55,339 nucleotides of DNA from a virus (taxonomy: Duplodnaviria > Caudoviricetes), in IMG/VR virus record IMGVR_UViG_3300024261_000039, positions 1 to 55,339 of that record, one strand, 5' to 3'. Position numbers and translations under genes: made by a program. Under the pieces are notes generated by a model that ran no database searches, was not told where the DNA came from, and worked only from the letters and a program-made list of their open reading frames with translations. Position 1 is the stretch's first letter. Each line of letters opens with the position of its first letter. Positions 53,501 through 55,339 of the stretch are shown here, in pieces.

Positions 53501-55339
53501 AGGGTTGTAAAATCTGTTGATGAAACAAACGCGAGTAACACAGCGACATATAATAGCCGAAAAGCCGAGGTTGATAGTGCAAACGCGAGTAACACAGCGA
53601 CATACAACGCTGGTAAAGTCGCGGTTGACGCACATAACACTCAACAACAAACAAATCACAATAATAACAAACTCAATTACGATTATTGGTGGCGTGAGTA
53701 CGGCAGTAAATCTGAATATAGCCATATATCCCCGCCACTGCCCATTTCAACCTCTCCCTATCAAAGTTACCCAGCCGCACCTACCACAATAGCGTACCCA
53801 GCCGCACCTACCACAATAGCGTACTCACAAGAAATATTAGACAGGACAGATTCGGATGGCAACTTCAAAACTTCCGTTCCTAACGTCACTACTAACCTGT
53901 CTGCGTACACCTCTGGGGATGAGAAAACAGCGGAGTATATAGCCCAGCACTCTATAGAGATTGATGTAGAAGTGGGCAAAATTTTAGAGAACTCCTCCAG
54001 TGCTGTGTCACCTGATGCGGCTGACTTAGTATCGTCTGAGGCAACTATAAAATTCTTAGAGACTCAACTATCCCATGTGAATAGTGGTGCAACTATCGAA
54101 CAGTCGAAGTCCGAGATAGCTACGCTTGAGAAAGAGTTGAGTTATTTGAAGGGCGGGGAATTATATAAGCATGAGGACATTACCTATACCAAAACCCTAT
54201 TTGACGAAGATTTAAACTCGACCAAAACTACCGAGACTCTGCCAGCTAACCTTTATACTAAAGACGAACTTACAGCTAAGATAGCTGAGATCAACAACAG
54301 TCTTGGCGAGATGGGGTTTACAGACTTAATGAGGAAACTCCAAGACTCCAGAGTAACATCTACTGAGGCTGGGTTTGCACTCGATGGTAAGAATGTCTTT
54401 AATCGGACGGTTGAAGAAGAGAAAACCTACCAAGCTGACAAGTTAGTACAACAACGAGACCAATTTTTCGCTGGGCTAAAAAAAGACGAAGAAATAACCT
54501 CTCTATCTAGAGAGGTAGATTGGCTAGAAGATGACTTAGCTACGTTACCATCGTGGATGGACGGTACTTCATACAGACCAGACCCCTCTAAGCCTGTAAT
54601 CAGTAAATTTCGCATACAAGAAGAAGATAGACTGAGGGAATCTTTGTTAGACCCCGCCCTTACTGCGGAGGAAAGGAAAGCCCTAGAAGATCAGCTAGCT
54701 TGGGTGCAGACTACTACAATAGATAGTAATAGTGATGGGGTTATAGATGCTAGGGATGCACTAGCCATACTGCACTCAATATCCCCTTCATATAGTAGTA
54801 GTCTAACTCCTGAAGAGAGAGCGGAAGTATACAAAGAACTTCTCCGTACACGCGATTTTAACTATGATGGTAGGATTACCATTAACGATGCCCTTACAGC
54901 ACTCAGGCACTCTGCTGGACTAGAGCCTTTAGTATCTGACGATCAGTTATACAACATTAGGGGAGAAAATAAGGCGGGACTCCCACCATTGGCTGGGTCT
55001 CTAGCTGATACTTTATTAAAGAAGAATGAGGAACTAGCCAGTTTACAGGCTACGGTCGAGGCTGGGTTGTCTTCCGATGAAGACCTAGAAAAGATCAAGT
55101 CTCTTACTGCTTCAGTAGAGTACCTTGAGGGTAAGACCTTCAGGAATCCAGACGGTTCTATTCCTGACGCTACTGCTGAAGGTTATGACGCTAGTAAGAC
55201 CTATAACATACATGGCTTTAACCCAAGTGGTCTGAACTCAGAAGGCAAATCTCAAGAAGATTTAAATAAAGAGTCAGCAGACACACAATCAGGGATAATA
55301 AGTAGTGCAGTTTCAACTGCTACTGACCCACTAGACAAG
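50579..55339 (+). CDS. Giant acidic virion/ejection protein with dockerin-like repeat (open at window end; missing from ORF track)
   Basis: ATG at 50579 after TAAGGGA; I found no in-frame stop in 1587 codons (MSIWDWDLDLSFG...TDPLDK); shares repeats with 2-1036. Confidence 0.88.
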   Translation, partial: MSIWDWDLDLSFGYSSDADTNSDTSDWNFTTLTDSIYEGASDIYDYVTPWESSYDSPEYVYDPYTTDPIQDAIDSGTYIPPEDISAEGEYIGSDPVFMGEGYTPPAKFTTGIEGMGYTFPEEYTPEHLAETNTLWNFDPHGDDVTDYLLLDKINTWQDEGKTAKEILEIANEYWIEDARIADLYGIETSELESFMDSNARFWENVDKDTGQAFLGSQGNVTFLNGVFKLNWDDSLFTGVDTDGTVYVDGKYSNQDNNLLSDRWYDISQKFAGVDILASTAGIIYDSVNTNQNVNFESLGDIVEDNDLLRSVLNTLLTAEAGVGVALDVASIGLSGEKVAGHLADIIYNGDDNVRAKIADHLDNLTLGEFSEGLIKIIDAVSGVPSMSLALDASKTVSSMTYYWITGAQDEDEGGLPKNPFTFVPTTVLSIEESKHFSESNFGLLQEDGSTRPFTPIPDEPPISAEYVPAEPVYPDQPAIPSIPPVPVADKTFDDLLVDFESALAEKGLTATDPTGTAIAFDKDILKNISLYQGAQATYKGNVYDMGMGQNRVNGNVVSNYVSSYRTAADPDTYHKTILNVGKVAGEVFGQYWKDLTGMELMVSKETTPDYFSSSIYSNNNYYFTDSARDGLFEKWEGYIGAGVNGYTHGMTMNWDAINAEQQTWDYNGYPASIDTKTTESEAEFTQLTKAFDDALEYENNYPSLVAEHSVAVTNIDLDYDASILEGIDNWHSDSLYRDYTTEVSVANDLNSNDIGVSESAIPDYTTNEEGRFVLVPPIEGESQPPNTLMAVHKGADGKYSYSYEPDTLTSPDSKWESSDFPMLSTMVGADVTQVVVDVANNIAHLVNSAGELAGTLLTRDMGQYFKGLDQYVYPSDMNKIDPSSDSILMVNLEGGEATADLDRWNVIIDQLSLGESVIVTPKSIASSTVDAENNAATTAKNNANEIVQGKAQDRLDEAIAKREEDVEAEKAEYDRVVKSVDETNASNTATYNSRKAEVDSANASNTATYNAGKVAVDAHNTQQQTNHNNNKLNYDYWWREYGSKSEYSHISPPLPISTSPYQSYPAAPTTIAYPAAPTTIAYSQEILDRTDSDGNFKTSVPNVTTNLSAYTSGDEKTAEYIAQHSIEIDVEVGKILENSSSAVSPDAADLVSSEATIKFLETQLSHVNSGATIEQSKSEIATLEKELSYLKGGELYKHEDITYTKTLFDEDLNSTKTTETLPANLYTKDELTAKIAEINNSLGEMGFTDLMRKLQDSRVTSTEAGFALDGKNVFNRTVEEEKTYQADKLVQQRDQFFAGLKKDEEITSLSREVDWLEDDLATLPSWMDGTSYRPDPSKPVISKFRIQEEDRLRESLLDPALTAEERKALEDQLAWVQTTTIDSNSDGVIDARDALAILHSISPSYSSSLTPEERAEVYKELLRTRDFNYDGRITINDALTALRHSAGLEPLVSDDQLYNIRGENKAGLPPLAGSLADTLLKKNEELASLQATVEAGLSSDEDLEKIKSLTASVEYLEGKTFRNPDGSIPDATAEGYDASKTYNIHGFNPSGLNSEGKSQEDLNKESADTQSGIISSAVSTATDPLDK

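Larger units (their letters stand above)
1..55339. mobile_element. Near-complete temperate podovirus-like phage genome, circularly permuted
   Basis: Packaging, head, tail, ejection, replication and lysogeny modules are all present, with no host housekeeping genes. The ORF open at the right end continues in frame into the left end if the terminal G is shared. Confidence 0.93.

Noticed and set aside
50735-54615. Short ORFs listed in an apparently gene-poor 4.7-kb region, or possible stop-codon recoding
   Set aside because: They are shadows of one uninterrupted plus-strand ORF; standard-code genes tile the genome, so no recoding is needed.

Overview
The window is an essentially complete, circularly permuted ~55.3 kb genome of a temperate short-tailed (podovirus-type) phage. 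Sigma70-type promoters and IHF consensus sites point to a proteobacterial host (inference). Modules in order: ejection/internal virion proteins, including a 2823-aa polyvalent protein (3725-12196); a putative attP with integrase and excisionase; a leftward recombination block (SNF2 helicase, VRR-NUC, Cas4-like exonuclease); a cI/cro switch; primase-VapE helicase, family A polymerase and MazG-like NTPase; a leftward AT-rich early cassette region with repeated promoter/operator units; TerL, a Q-like protein, HNH, TerS, portal, scaffold, N4-gp56-type capsid, tail proteins, a tail fibre and small membrane genes. The supplied ORF track misses a giant ORF that starts at 50579, stays open to the window end and appears to continue into 2-1036 (~1930 aa); it carries a dockerin-like tandem Ca2+-binding repeat. 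Other highlights: a cI repressor lacking its autocleavage residues; one palindromic operator family (AGCAWWTGCT) at both switch promoters, all early promoters, the late promoter and a putative origin; two three-way-junction RNAs; and no free-standing endolysin. All calls come from manual motif reading, with no database searches.
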